From Candidatus Nanopelagicales bacterium (GTDB taxonomy: Bacteria; Actinomycetota; Actinomycetes; S36-B12; UBA5976), in assembly GCA_044343935.1 (NCBI GenBank), contig JBIJDU010000002.1, positions 11,251 through 75,250 of the forward strand: DNA of 64,000 nt, read 5' to 3'. Shown in pieces: positions 39,623 to 49,741 of the stretch; the stretch's first letter is position 1, and the number at the start of each line of letters is the position of its first letter. The notes beneath the pieces are model-generated. The model saw only the letters and a list, made by a program, of their open reading frames with translations. It ran no database searches and was not told the DNA's origin. Both the position numbers and the translations under genes were made by a program.

Positions 39623-41112
39623 GTGAAAATTTTGAGTTAACTCCCAAAGAATTAGGCAGATATCTGTGGCGCCAGTTAACCAGTATGCGAACCGCGCTGT
39701 TGCTACTTCTGCTATTAGTAGTGGTCTCTATTCCAGGTTCGGTGCTGCCACAGCAAAACGTCGACGCGTTTGGTGTTACGCAATGGATTGAAGATTCGCC
39801 AACGCTTGGAAACATTCTCTTAAGACTTGGCTTCTTTAATGTCTTCAGTTCCGTTTGGTTTTCTGCCGTTTATTTACTGCTTTTGATCTCTTTAGTGGGT
39901 TGTATTTTACCGAGATCAGTTAAGCATTACCATGCGCTAAAAACTCAACCACCAGCTGCACCAGCAAATTTTGAACGATTAACTCAATATGAAAATGTTG
40001 AATTAAATCAGCCATTTGATGCTTATGCGGACAAAGTTAGTGCTGGATTGGTGAAAAATAACTGGCGGGTTCGAGTCGATCGAGAGAAAAGGTACATTGC
40101 TGCTGAAAAAGGTTATTTGCGTGAAGTTGGCAACTTAGCCTTTCACTTAGCGGTAGTTGGAATTATTTTGGCAGTTGGGATTGGCGTGCTTTTCTCCTAC
40201 CGAGGTCAGATGCTGGTTCGAGAAGGAACTGCAGTTGCAAGTACGCCAACTCAATTTAGTTCGTTAAGTTTTGGCACAGCTGTTGGTGTTGCAGATTTAC
40301 CTGCGATAACAGTGCGACTAAATAAATTTACCGCTGAATTTGAACGCGGTGAAGTGCAGCGTGGCGCCGCGAGAGTTTTTGCCGCTGATGTTTCAGTGCA
40401 GAGTGCAACGGAAACTAGAGACTTAGTTATTGAAGTCAATAGGCCACTTCGAATAGAGGGCTCAAAATGGTTTTTGGTTGGACATGGCTATGCACCGCGA
40501 GTTGAGGTAACCGATGCTGACGGCGAAGTAATTTTTTCAGATTCAGTGATTATGTTGCCACGTGATGGCAATTTCAGTTCAGAGGGAGCCATAAAGCTGC
40601 CAGATGGTGAAAATGGATTGGGATTTATCACAGCATTTTTACCAACTGCAGATTTTTCAGGACAGCCGATTTCAATTTTCCCAAGTCCGGACAATCCAGT
40701 TTTATTGCTGGCCGCTTGGCAAGGTGATCTTGGATTGGATAGCGGTGTGCCACAAAATGTCTTTCGACTTGAAGTTGAAGGTTTAGACCGGATCGGTTTG
40801 AGCTCAATTAGGCCAGGTGAAACTTGGGAATTACCCGGCGGATTGGGCTCAGTTAAGTTTGTTGGGGTTGAGCGATTCGTCACATTTGATGTCGCGCGCA
40901 GTCCCGGTGGACCATGGGCGCTGGGATTTTCGATCTTGGCGTTAATTGGCTTAATTAGTGGACTTTATGTGAGAAGTAGGCGCATTTGGTTGAAGCAATT
41001 ACCTGATGGCAGCTATCAAATTGCAGCTCTAAGTCGGAGCGATCAACCTGGATTGGATTCAGATCTGGCATTACTTAAGCAGTTATGCTCTGCCGTTGAG
41101 GAGAAACCATAA
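39619..41112 (+). CDS. resB: cytochrome c biogenesis protein ResB/Ccs1 (System II)
   Basis: N-terminal 'LTSMRTALLLLLLL' TM segments, a large extracytoplasmic domain and a C-terminal TM segment. ATGA overlap with ccdA. Confidence 0.85.
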   Translation: MSENFELTPKELGRYLWRQLTSMRTALLLLLLLVVVSIPGSVLPQQNVDAFGVTQWIEDSPTLGNILLRLGFFNVFSSVWFSAVYLLLLISLVGCILPRSVKHYHALKTQPPAAPANFERLTQYENVELNQPFDAYADKVSAGLVKNNWRVRVDREKRYIAAEKGYLREVGNLAFHLAVVGIILAVGIGVLFSYRGQMLVREGTAVASTPTQFSSLSFGTAVGVADLPAITVRLNKFTAEFERGEVQRGAARVFAADVSVQSATETRDLVIEVNRPLRIEGSKWFLVGHGYAPRVEVTDADGEVIFSDSVIMLPRDGNFSSEGAIKLPDGENGLGFITAFLPTADFSGQPISIFPSPDNPVLLLAAWQGDLGLDSGVPQNVFRLEVEGLDRIGLSSIRPGETWELPGGLGSVKFVGVERFVTFDVARSPGGPWALGFSILALIGLISGLYVRSRRIWLKQLPDGSYQIAALSRSDQPGLDSDLALLKQLCSAVEEKP

Positions 41113-41940
41113 ATGGACTTAGGCATAGTTAGTAATTGGTCGATTCTGATCTCGAGTGTGTTTTTGACTTTAGCAACATATGTATCATTTATTAAATTGA
41201 TTGGCAGTAAGAACCCAGCCAAGTTTGCAAAGCTATCAATCTATTTAACGTACTTAGCAACTTTGTTTCTGACAGTTGGCGTAGTGACACGAGGAATTGC
41301 TGCAGCTCGCGCACCCTGGGGCAATATGTATGAATATGCCATTGCTGGCACGCTGGCGGTCTTGGTGGTCTATTTAATTGTTGCGCGTAATCAAGACCTA
41401 TCTGGCATTGCAGTATTTGTGTTAATGCCAGCATTGCTTTCGTTAGGTTTGGCGCAAACGGTTCTATATGTTGCGGTATCTGACTTAGTGCCAGCGCTTA
41501 AATCTGGTTGGCTGGTTATCCATGTTGCGTCAGCGATTATCGCCGGCGGCGGTTTTTCACTTGGATTTGCATTTGCCGTTGGACAATTGATTGCATCTAA
41601 ATCAAATTCCAGTTTCGCTAAAAAACTACCAAACGAAAATGATCTGGAATTACTTTCTTATCGCATGACTGCTTGGGGATTTGCGGTTTGGACATTTGCG
41701 GTGCTGGCTGGCGCTATTTGGGCCGAAGAAGCTTGGGGTCGATTCTGGGGTTGGGATCCAAAAGAAACTTGGGCGCTGATTACCTGGATCGCATATGCCG
41801 CTTATTTGCATGCCAGAGTGACAGTTGGTTGGCGCAACAAAGCAGCGGCGCTAGCAATCATTGGCTACTTAACGTACGTGTTTAATTTCTTTGGCGTAAA
41901 TATCTTGTTTGATGGGCTACACAGTTATGGTGGGTTGTAA
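41113..41940 (+). CDS. ccsB: c-type cytochrome biogenesis protein CcsB/ResC (System II heme handling)
   Basis: Tryptophan-rich WWD motif 'WGRFWGWDPKETW' plus conserved His residues. Confidence 0.9.
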   Translation: MDLGIVSNWSILISSVFLTLATYVSFIKLIGSKNPAKFAKLSIYLTYLATLFLTVGVVTRGIAAARAPWGNMYEYAIAGTLAVLVVYLIVARNQDLSGIAVFVLMPALLSLGLAQTVLYVAVSDLVPALKSGWLVIHVASAIIAGGGFSLGFAFAVGQLIASKSNSSFAKKLPNENDLELLSYRMTAWGFAVWTFAVLAGAIWAEEAWGRFWGWDPKETWALITWIAYAAYLHARVTVGWRNKAAALAIIGYLTYVFNFFGVNILFDGLHSYGGL

Positions 41941-41942
41941 TA

Positions 41943-42257
41943 GTGAATAACACATTTATATCGACAATCTTGTATTCATTAGCACGGCTTGGTTTGTTGG
42001 CGCTGTTTATTGCAGTTGGCTATTACGCAGGATTGCGTGGCTATGTGTTGATAATTGTTGGTTTCTTAGTGTCCGCAGTTGCCAGTTTATTTCTACTAGA
42101 TGGCTTACGTGATCGAGTTTCGGTTGGATTGTTTAATACCAAGAAAAAACTCGATGCCAAAATCGATGCAGCAGCTGCCGCAGAAGATGCCTGGCTGGAC
42201 GAGCAGTTACGCAAGCAAGAAGCTGATCGCCAAGACGATTCCGAGCCAAATAAGTAG
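41943..42257 (+). CDS. DUF4229-like small membrane protein
   Basis: 104 aa with two TM helices and a charged Ala/Asp/Glu tail, in a syntenic position after ccsB. Confidence 0.5.
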   Translation: MNNTFISTILYSLARLGLLALFIAVGYYAGLRGYVLIIVGFLVSAVASLFLLDGLRDRVSVGLFNTKKKLDAKIDAAAAAEDAWLDEQLRKQEADRQDDSEPNK

Positions 42258-43079
42258 CCGATTGGTTTGCTGTAAGGTTTGAATTAAATCTTTTCCAGTC
42301 GCGCCAGCGACCACATCTCGGATGGGTTGCATTGCTACCAATATCAATAAACCAGATAGCGCTGCAACTGGTGCAGCTAGTGCAAGCGTCATTGAAATCA
42401 TGATCGCACCAATAACTGAGATCAGATAAAACAAACGAGTTTTTCGGTCACCTAATTTAACTGCCAATGTTTGTTTGTTGACAGCCTTGTCCGTAACTAA
42501 ATCTCGCAGATTATTCACAATCAGTAGCGCCATTGAGAGTAGGCCAAGGCTGGTGCCAGCGGCGAGTGCTGGAAGTGAAATTACTTCAGCTTGAACATAA
42601 AAACTGCCAACCGTGGCAACTAGCCCAAAGAAAACAAAAACTGAAATTTCGCCAAAACCCCGATAGCCGTAGGGTGATTTGCCACCGGTGTAAAACCAGG
42701 CAGCAACAATTGAGGCAGCACCAATTGCTATCAGCCACCAGTTAACTAGGTAAGCAAGGAACAAACCAGCAAATGCTGCAATTAAGAACGAGATTATGGC
42801 CGCACGTTTTACTTCAGTAGCAGTGGCGAGTCCACTTGCAACTAATCGCACTGGACCAACTCGAACAGCGTCAATACCTCTAATACCATCGCTGTAATCA
42901 TTTGCGTAATTCACGCCAACTTGCATGGCTAAACCAACAAGTAACGCAAGTAAACCATTAATTACTGAAAGGTCACCAACCGGTGCTGCGATAGCAGTTC
43001 CAACAAGCACCGGTGCAATAGCTGCACCTAAAGTTTTAGGGCGGGCACCCAACAGCCATTTGTTCTTGGCTTCAGACAT
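42207..43079 (-). CDS. menA: 1,4-dihydroxy-2-naphthoate polyprenyltransferase
   Basis: UbiA family with the 'NYANDYSDGIRG' Asp-rich motif, 290 aa and polytopic. Confidence 0.9.
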   Translation of the reverse strand: MSEAKNKWLLGARPKTLGAAIAPVLVGTAIAAPVGDLSVINGLLALLVGLAMQVGVNYANDYSDGIRGIDAVRVGPVRLVASGLATATEVKRAAIISFLIAAFAGLFLAYLVNWWLIAIGAASIVAAWFYTGGKSPYGYRGFGEISVFVFFGLVATVGSFYVQAEVISLPALAAGTSLGLLSMALLIVNNLRDLVTDKAVNKQTLAVKLGDRKTRLFYLISVIGAIMISMTLALAAPVAALSGLLILVAMQPIRDVVAGATGKDLIQTLQQTNRLLIWLGIVLAISFLLA

Positions 43080-44175
43080 CAGTTATCTCCAGTCGCAGCG
43101 TGAAGGTATCAATTTTGCCTAAATCAGTCCGTGGCAAATTTTCTCGAATCACAATCTTACATCCCTTAAGACCATCGCCAAGCTGATCTACTAATTGAGT
43201 TGAAAGAGCATTTGAATTAAGGTCAGTAGCAGCAATAAAGATGTGAACTACGTCATTAATCAATAGTGCAACTGCGTCCGCGCTAACCAACTCAGTTACA
43301 AGAGAACTAGTTGCAACTAAGTCAACAAAATGTCCTTTTATCTTGATGAGATTGTCCGACCTACCTAAGATTTCTAGTTTGCCCGAATCTAAACTTCCCA
43401 GGTCATGCGTATTTATTATTGATAGATCAGCAGATGAGTTGCGATAGCCGCTGGCATTCATGTCAGAACTTATTAAAACTTCGCCTTGCTCGTTAATGGC
43501 TAAGTTGACCGAGGTTAAAGGTTTACCGTCCCAAACTACGCCGCCACAGGTCTCAGTTAGACCATATGAACTAACGGTTGCAACACCTAAATCCAAAAGT
43601 TGATGCTTTAAATTAAAATCCAATTTACCAGCACCAATAATGACCTTGTGGAAATAGCGAAGTGAAGCTAACTCACTAATAACGGCCAATCGATTTAAAT
43701 GCTCTGGCACTAATGTGATGGCATGTAATCCAGATAAATCTTTAATGGATTTGGCATACGCTGCTAATTGAGTTGGGTCTGCTGCATTAATTGTTGGTTG
43801 ATAGAGTTTCGAATCATCTGCTAATCCACGAAGCGCAGTCATGGTGCCAGCAATATGTTGCATGGGAAGCACCAAATGCCATTGCGGTGTTATACCAAGT
43901 TCTTGATTTACTGCAGAAATTGATGCGTTAATAGCGTGGTAACTAATTAACACACCTTTAGGTTTTCCAGTTGACCCTGATGTTGTTGCCACAATTCCGA
44001 TATCTGCAGCAACTGGTTGCTTTGGGTCAACAGCTTCGATAATGGCTCGGCCGCGAGCGGAATCAGCACTAGGTAGCACTGCCACCGCGGCAGTTTGTGC
44101 TATCACCTGCCGCAATGCCGAAATCACCGCAGCGGTATCGGTTGCGGTCACGGTCAACAAGCCAGGTTTTGTCAT
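43072..44175 (-). CDS. menE: o-succinylbenzoate--CoA ligase
   Basis: AMP-binding motif '[10 protein letters not shown]' within the men cluster. The start is trimmed to the ATG at 44175; the ORF to 44295 would run through the menB start. Confidence 0.8.
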   Translation of the reverse strand: MTKPGLLTVTATDTAAVISALRQVIAQTAAVAVLPSADSARGRAIIEAVDPKQPVAADIGIVATTSGSTGKPKGVLISYHAINASISAVNQELGITPQWHLVLPMQHIAGTMTALRGLADDSKLYQPTINAADPTQLAAYAKSIKDLSGLHAITLVPEHLNRLAVISELASLRYFHKVIIGAGKLDFNLKHQLLDLGVATVSSYGLTETCGGVVWDGKPLTSVNLAINEQGEVLISSDMNASGYRNSSADLSIINTHDLGSLDSGKLEILGRSDNLIKIKGHFVDLVATSSLVTELVSADAVALLINDVVHIFIAATDLNSNALSTQLVDQLGDGLKGCKIVIRENLPRTDLGKIDTFTLRLEITDV

Positions 44176-44221
44176 CGGTCTTAGGGTAGGGCAATACCGA
44201 TCCGATTCAGGGGGAAGCCAA

Positions 44222-45088
44222 ATGACTGTTGATCCGGCCCATAGCTCAGCGAAGCCAGGAGCGGATTGGGAAGCAATCGGCCAATGGCAGGACATCGAAT
44301 ATCACCGTGCTGACGGCATCGCCAAGATCACGATTAATCGTCCAAAAGTGCGCAATGCATTTAGACCACAAACAGTTACTGAATTGATGCAAGCATTTGA
44401 TATCGCCCGCGATGATGAATCAGTTGGCGTTGTGATTTTGACTGGCAAAGGCGATTTAGCCTTTTGTTCTGGTGGTGACCAGATGATTCGTGGCGATGAC
44501 GGCTACATTGGCAGCGATAAGTTAGCCGAAAAAGGAATTGGTCGGCTCAATGTGTTGGATCTTCAAATTCAAATCCGCCGATTACCAAAACCGGTAATTG
44601 CTATGGTGGCAGGTTATGCAATCGGTGGCGGACATGTGTTACATGTGGTTTGTGATCTATCAATCGCAGCTGAGAATGCGAGATTTGGACAGACTGGTCC
44701 AAAGGTTGGTTCATTTGATGGCGGTTATGGCTCTGGCTTGTTGGCGCAACATATTGGCCAAAAACGTGCTCGGGAAGTTTGGTATCTATGCCGTCAATAC
44801 GATGCAAAGACTGCGCTTGATTGGGGCTTAGTGAATGCGGTGGTTCCAATTGAAGAATTAGAAGTTGAAACAGTTAAGTGGGCAAAAGAAATGCTGCAGC
44901 ACTCACCACTTTCATTACGTATGTTGAAAGCAAGTATGAATGCTGCAGATGACGGCTTAGCTGGAATTCAGCAACTCGCTGGCGATGCCACATTGTTGTA
45001 TTACATGTCTGAAGAAGCACAAGAAGGCAGAAACGCTTATCAACAGAAACGTAAACCAGATTTCAGTAAGTTTCCAAAACGCCCGTGA
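44222..45088 (+). CDS. menB: 1,4-dihydroxy-2-naphthoyl-CoA synthase
   Basis: Crotonase fold with 'FCSGGDQ' and '[11 protein letters not shown]'. The ATG at 44222 follows GGGGGAAG; the ORF extends to 44042. Confidence 0.95.
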   Translation: MTVDPAHSSAKPGADWEAIGQWQDIEYHRADGIAKITINRPKVRNAFRPQTVTELMQAFDIARDDESVGVVILTGKGDLAFCSGGDQMIRGDDGYIGSDKLAEKGIGRLNVLDLQIQIRRLPKPVIAMVAGYAIGGGHVLHVVCDLSIAAENARFGQTGPKVGSFDGGYGSGLLAQHIGQKRAREVWYLCRQYDAKTALDWGLVNAVVPIEELEVETVKWAKEMLQHSPLSLRMLKASMNAADDGLAGIQQLAGDATLLYYMSEEAQEGRNAYQQKRKPDFSKFPKRP

Positions 45089-46059
45089 TTGAAGATCTAC
45101 TTGCACGAGTCCAACCCTTTAAGGTTGGGTTAACAACGCAATTTAGATCAGTTAATCATCGAATTGGTTTTGTAATTCGAGGCAAACATGGCATTGGCGA
45201 GTGGGCACCTTTTGCAGATTATGCACAAGCAGCCGCGGCTAAATGGTTAGCTGCAGCGCTTGAAGCCGCTGACCAACCTCGTCAGCAACTAAATCGAAAT
45301 GAAATTGCAGCTAATGGCATTGTGCCAGCGCTTGATCCAGCAGCAGCAGTTTCATGGGCAGCAGATTTACTAGACAAATATCAAGTCAATACTTTAAAAA
45401 TTAAAGTTGGCGATAGTGATCAATTAAATCGAGTGCGCGCCATTAGGTCTGAATTTTCAAATGTCACATTACGAGTTGATGCAAATGGCAGTTACAGTGA
45501 AACTGAAGCTGCAGAATTAATTAGAGAATTTGCAGCGCTTGAGGTTGCCGTTATTGAACAACCTTGCGCCACGCTTGCCCAATGTAAAGCGGTTAAGGGT
45601 AAGGGCGTGCTCATTGCAGTTGATGAGTCGATTCGACTTGCAGCGAACATCACTGAAGAGTTGCTAACTGAAATTAGAGGTGCCGCAGATATTGCCGTGT
45701 TAAAACCAATTCCACTCGGCGGTAGTGAGCCAACTCTTAACTTAGCGGCAAGACTTGATCTTCCGGTAATTGTTTCTGGCTCATTGGATACCAGCATTGG
45801 CCTAAGTTATGTGGCATACGTGGCTGCGCTATTGCCAACTGAACCGCTGCCCAGCGGCCTTGGTACATCAGTATTACTCGAGCAGGATTTAGTAATGCCA
45901 AGTCTGTTGCCAATGCAGGGAGTGATTAAGGTTTCAGAACCGATACTCGATGAGCAACTCCTATCTGAAGCAACTGCTCGAGTTGGTTCAGTAGAGTTGG
46001 CAGAACTAACCCAGCGATTGACTGCTGCTGCTAATTACTTAGAAGAGGTGCCGATGTGA
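45085..46059 (+). CDS. menC: o-succinylbenzoate synthase
   Basis: Enolase superfamily ('LKIKVG', 'LRVDANG', 'IEQP') with operon context. Confidence 0.8.
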   Translation: MIEDLLARVQPFKVGLTTQFRSVNHRIGFVIRGKHGIGEWAPFADYAQAAAAKWLAAALEAADQPRQQLNRNEIAANGIVPALDPAAAVSWAADLLDKYQVNTLKIKVGDSDQLNRVRAIRSEFSNVTLRVDANGSYSETEAAELIREFAALEVAVIEQPCATLAQCKAVKGKGVLIAVDESIRLAANITEELLTEIRGAADIAVLKPIPLGGSEPTLNLAARLDLPVIVSGSLDTSIGLSYVAYVAALLPTEPLPSGLGTSVLLEQDLVMPSLLPMQGVIKVSEPILDEQLLSEATARVGSVELAELTQRLTAAANYLEEVPM

Positions 46060-47624
46060 GCGCTACCGCACAGGCTCGCACCTTAGTTTCTGAGTTAATT
46101 GCAGCGGGCGTAACAGATTTAGTTATTGCGCCTGGTTCGCGAAATGGACCCATTTCACTTGCTGCCCTAGCTGCCCCTGGCTTAACCGTCACGGTAAGAA
46201 TTGATGAACGTTCAGCTGCATTTACCGCGCTAGGACTTGCAAAAGTAACTAAACGAAAAACAGCAGTAGTCGTAACCAGTGGTACTGCTGGCGCACATTT
46301 GCTCCCCGCATTGATTGAGGCAGCGCAATCCGATGTTGAGTTAATTGCCATCACAGCGGATCGACCAAAAGATCTAGTTAACACTGGCGCAAACCAAACA
46401 ATTGAACAGCTTGAATTGTTCTTAGCTGCAACAAAAAATGTGGTTGATCTCGATAGTGCTTGGCCGGCAGAGATGTGGTGCAACGAAATTCAGTTAGCGT
46501 TAAAACAATCTGGCGTGATTCATTTGAACCCAAGATTTAATGAACCATTGCTACCAACTGACCCATGGCAGGGACCAACAGCAGCTCCTGCGATTAACTC
46601 AAGAAAGATGGAAAGGTTTGTCGCAGCACATTTACTAAATGGCAAACGTGGCGTAGTGATTTGTAGTGGTGATGAGATTGAACATGCTGGTGAGATCGCA
46701 CAAAAGTTGAATTGGCCACTAATCGCTGAGCCGGTCGGCACGCTTCACCCGAATTTAATTCCTAGTGGTGCATTAGTCGCTGCAAAATTCACTGATCAAA
46801 TTGAAGTAGTGCTGACCGTTGGGCGTGCTGGTTTAGCTCGCGGCATTAATTCTCTAATTAATACCAAACCAAGAATTGCGGTAAAGGTGCCAACTGCGTT
46901 AACCAATGTCACAGCAGTAGCGCAAAGCAACGGAGAACTTGATCTTGATTCACTTTCTGCTATTGGACATGATTGGCTAAACAATTGGCATGACCAGGCA
47001 AGTACATTAAGAACAGAAATCGATAAAATAGTTTCATCAGGTGCACTAGGTGGACTAAATGTTGCAGATACGCTGCTGACTAATTTGAAATCACAAAATC
47101 TACTTCACGCAGCAGCAAGTTTGAGTTTGCGTGATTTAGATTATTTAATGAAACCGAACTCAATTGGCCTACTCACCGCTAATCGTGGGGTAAACGGAAT
47201 TGACGGCATTGTGGCTTCTGCAATTGGAGCGTCAATTGCTTGGCAGCGAACTGGTGGTGGGCAGGCTTACTGTTTGTTGGGTGATGTTGCGCTGCTTCAT
47301 GATTTAGCGAGTTTGACCATTCCAAAAACTGAGTTCATGCCCAATTTACGGTTAGTGGTAGTTGATAACAATGGGGGTGGGGTTTTTAGCACGATTGAAC
47401 AACGAGGAGTTGCGGGATTTGAGCGAGTGTTTGGCACGCCACATCAAGTCAACATCGCAGAGTTGCTACGCGGCTTCGGCATTGAGGTAACTGAGGTTAA
47501 TAGCACTTCTCAGTTAGCAAGCCTTGTTAAAGATGCTCCAGGCTTATCAGCGGTTGTAATTTCTGGTGTTGATCGAGAGATTGAGGCTAATCTCAGAAAA
47601 GAGATTGTTAATTTAACGCGTTGA
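46056..47624 (+). CDS. menD: SEPHCHC synthase (2-succinyl-5-enolpyruvyl-6-hydroxy-3-cyclohexene-1-carboxylate synthase)
   Basis: ThDP enzyme with 'GSRNGP' and 'GDVALLHD...NNGGGVF'. Confidence 0.9.
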   Translation: MSATAQARTLVSELIAAGVTDLVIAPGSRNGPISLAALAAPGLTVTVRIDERSAAFTALGLAKVTKRKTAVVVTSGTAGAHLLPALIEAAQSDVELIAITADRPKDLVNTGANQTIEQLELFLAATKNVVDLDSAWPAEMWCNEIQLALKQSGVIHLNPRFNEPLLPTDPWQGPTAAPAINSRKMERFVAAHLLNGKRGVVICSGDEIEHAGEIAQKLNWPLIAEPVGTLHPNLIPSGALVAAKFTDQIEVVLTVGRAGLARGINSLINTKPRIAVKVPTALTNVTAVAQSNGELDLDSLSAIGHDWLNNWHDQASTLRTEIDKIVSSGALGGLNVADTLLTNLKSQNLLHAAASLSLRDLDYLMKPNSIGLLTANRGVNGIDGIVASAIGASIAWQRTGGGQAYCLLGDVALLHDLASLTIPKTEFMPNLRLVVVDNNGGGVFSTIEQRGVAGFERVFGTPHQVNIAELLRGFGIEVTEVNSTSQLASLVKDAPGLSAVVISGVDREIEANLRKEIVNLTR

Positions 47625-48879
47625 GTATCGCTTTAAATTTTGCCGCTGACTCGGCTAATTCAGACTCTGGGGTGGAGCCGGCAACAACCCCACAACCGGC
47701 ATAGAGTCGAAGTGAATTTGTCTCAACTTGTGCACATCGAATCGCAAGTCCTAAATCACCATCGCCATTGCCATCAATCCAGCCAACCGGTCCGGCATAT
47801 CTGCCACGATCCATTCCTTCTACTTCGGCAATGAGATCGCGAGCGCGCTCAGTTGGTGTACCGCAAACAGCTGCAGTTGGATGCAGTGAACCTGCTAGTA
47901 CTAAAGCTGGTGCGTTATCTGCTACCACCGCGGTTACTTCGGTTGATAGGTGGGCAACATTTGCTAACTGCAGCACAGTAGGTGAATTTGGCACAACTAA
48001 ATCGGTACAATGAACTGCGAGCGCTGCGGAGACTGATTGAACTGCATAGTCATGCTCATGTTGATCTTTGTCGCTTGCCAACAATTTCGCTTGAAGTAAT
48101 TCATTGTTGTTTTCATCTTTGTTCTGCGTAATGGTGCCGGCAAGAACTCGAGAAATAATCCCATTACCTCGTTTGCGAAGCAGCATCTCTGGGGTAGCAC
48201 CAACTAAGCCATCAACATAATAAGTCCAGCAATCTGGAAAAGTGTTGGCGAGGTTCTCAATTAGATATCGGACATCAATTGAATTTTGGGTCTTAACAAC
48301 TAAATCTCTGGCAAGAACTACTTTGTCGATATCACCGTGATTAATTTTTGCAACCAACTCAGCAACAATTTCGCCCCATCTAGCTTCGGGCAGTGTGCCA
48401 CCAACTATTTCAATTGCCCCTGGTGCAGTTGGCGCTAAATGGGGTTTTTTGAGCGCGGCTAACGCTTCGATTGGGTCGGTGCCATCACTGGTGGTGATCC
48501 AATTCTTGCCATCAGTTTTGCCAATAACAACTTTTGGCACAATCAAAACACTCGGTATTGGTTGTGCTCTAAAACCAAATGACGCAAATGCAAAAGCACC
48601 AGTTCCAGTGACTTTTACATCATCAGTTACTTTTGAATTTTTCACCAAATCGCGCCACCAACGATGGGCGCGTGAGAATCTTTCTTGCCCCAAAATTTCA
48701 AATGAAATTGTTTCACCGATTGCGATCATGCCAGTTCGTTCGCGCAGCCAAACTGCAATTTTTTGATTTGCGGTTGATTTGGGCAGCAACCGCAGCAGAT
48801 CGCCTGGATCTGAAATTTCTTTGGTTTGGAAGTTAAGGCTAGGTGCTAATTGCTCAACTATTGCGGCATTGCTCACCAA
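47608..48879 (-). CDS. menF: isochorismate synthase
   Basis: Chorismate-binding domain ('HPTAAVCGTP', 'RGRYAGPVGW') within the men cluster. Start is TTG/GTG at 48879/48876. Confidence 0.85.
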   Translation of the reverse strand: MVSNAAIVEQLAPSLNFQTKEISDPGDLLRLLPKSTANQKIAVWLRERTGMIAIGETISFEILGQERFSRAHRWWRDLVKNSKVTDDVKVTGTGAFAFASFGFRAQPIPSVLIVPKVVIGKTDGKNWITTSDGTDPIEALAALKKPHLAPTAPGAIEIVGGTLPEARWGEIVAELVAKINHGDIDKVVLARDLVVKTQNSIDVRYLIENLANTFPDCWTYYVDGLVGATPEMLLRKRGNGIISRVLAGTITQNKDENNNELLQAKLLASDKDQHEHDYAVQSVSAALAVHCTDLVVPNSPTVLQLANVAHLSTEVTAVVADNAPALVLAGSLHPTAAVCGTPTERARDLIAEVEGMDRGRYAGPVGWIDGNGDGDLGLAIRCAQVETNSLRLYAGCGVVAGSTPESELAESAAKFKAILNALN

Positions 48880-48939
48880 ATAAGCCTAGAGCCAACCGGC
48901 CAATTCTGCGCGCTTGAGTAGGTAGGGCAAGATTGCCTC

Positions 48940-49647
48940 GTGGATAACTTTCGAGCTGACCTAACTAAACAACCCGATGAAGTTCAGGCAATGTTTGATC
49001 GGGTAGCAAATCGCTATGACCTAATGAATGATCTGCTCTCGTTGGGTCAAACTAAAAGTTGGCGCCGCGCCACGGTGCGAGCAATTAAGCCAACATCTGG
49101 CGAGCTGATATTGGACTTAGCTGCTGGTACTGGCACCTCGACGGCAGCAATTGCAGAAACTGGAGCTACTGCAATTGCATGTGATCTATCAATTGGAATG
49201 CTAGAAGTAGGAAAAAAACGTCATCCGCAATTAACCTTTGTTGCCGGCGATGCACTGACGTTGCCATTCGCTGATGAAACTTTTGATGCCGTGACAATTT
49301 CATTTGGCATCCGAAATGTGAATGATGTGACTAAAGCACTGCAAGAAATGTATCGAGTTACCAAACCTGGTGGCAGATTGGTCATTTGTGAGTTTTCTAC
49401 CCCAGAGGTCGGTTGGTTTCGTAAGATTTATCAAAACTACTTAATTCGGGCGCTCCCTAAGGTAGCTGGCAAGTTTTCGAGCAACCCAGTTGCCTATCAA
49501 TATCTGGCTGAATCCATCCTGGCATGGCCCAATCAAGCCCAATTTGCCTCACAAATTCAGCAGATTGGCTGGACTGAGGTGGCTTGGCGGTCGTTAACGG
49601 GTGGCATTGTGGCGCTGCATCGGGGCGTTAAGCCCACAACTAAATGA
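48940..49647 (+). CDS. menG: demethylmenaquinone methyltransferase
   Basis: UbiE/MenG family with '[21 protein letters not shown]' and the SAM motif 'LDLAAGTG'. The start codon is GTG. Confidence 0.9.
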   Translation: MDNFRADLTKQPDEVQAMFDRVANRYDLMNDLLSLGQTKSWRRATVRAIKPTSGELILDLAAGTGTSTAAIAETGATAIACDLSIGMLEVGKKRHPQLTFVAGDALTLPFADETFDAVTISFGIRNVNDVTKALQEMYRVTKPGGRLVICEFSTPEVGWFRKIYQNYLIRALPKVAGKFSSNPVAYQYLAESILAWPNQAQFASQIQQIGWTEVAWRSLTGGIVALHRGVKPTTK

Positions 49648-49663
49648 TGTGGGAACAGCCACA
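49648..49663. promoter_or_regulatory. candidate Rex-operator-like palindrome TGTGGGAACAGCCACA (TGTG-N8-CACA)
   Basis: Read directly from the sequence. It lies 79 bp upstream of the nuoA GTG. It shares only the outer TGTG/CACA and the spacing with the Streptomyces ROP consensus TGTGAACNNNTTCACA, so the match is weak. Confidence 0.2.
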
Positions 49664-49741
49664 GTAATGGGCAGGCTGTGAGCCCTAGTCGCCCCCTAGG
49701 ATTAGGGGAGTTAATAGAAATTTGCCGAGAAGGAGATTCCT

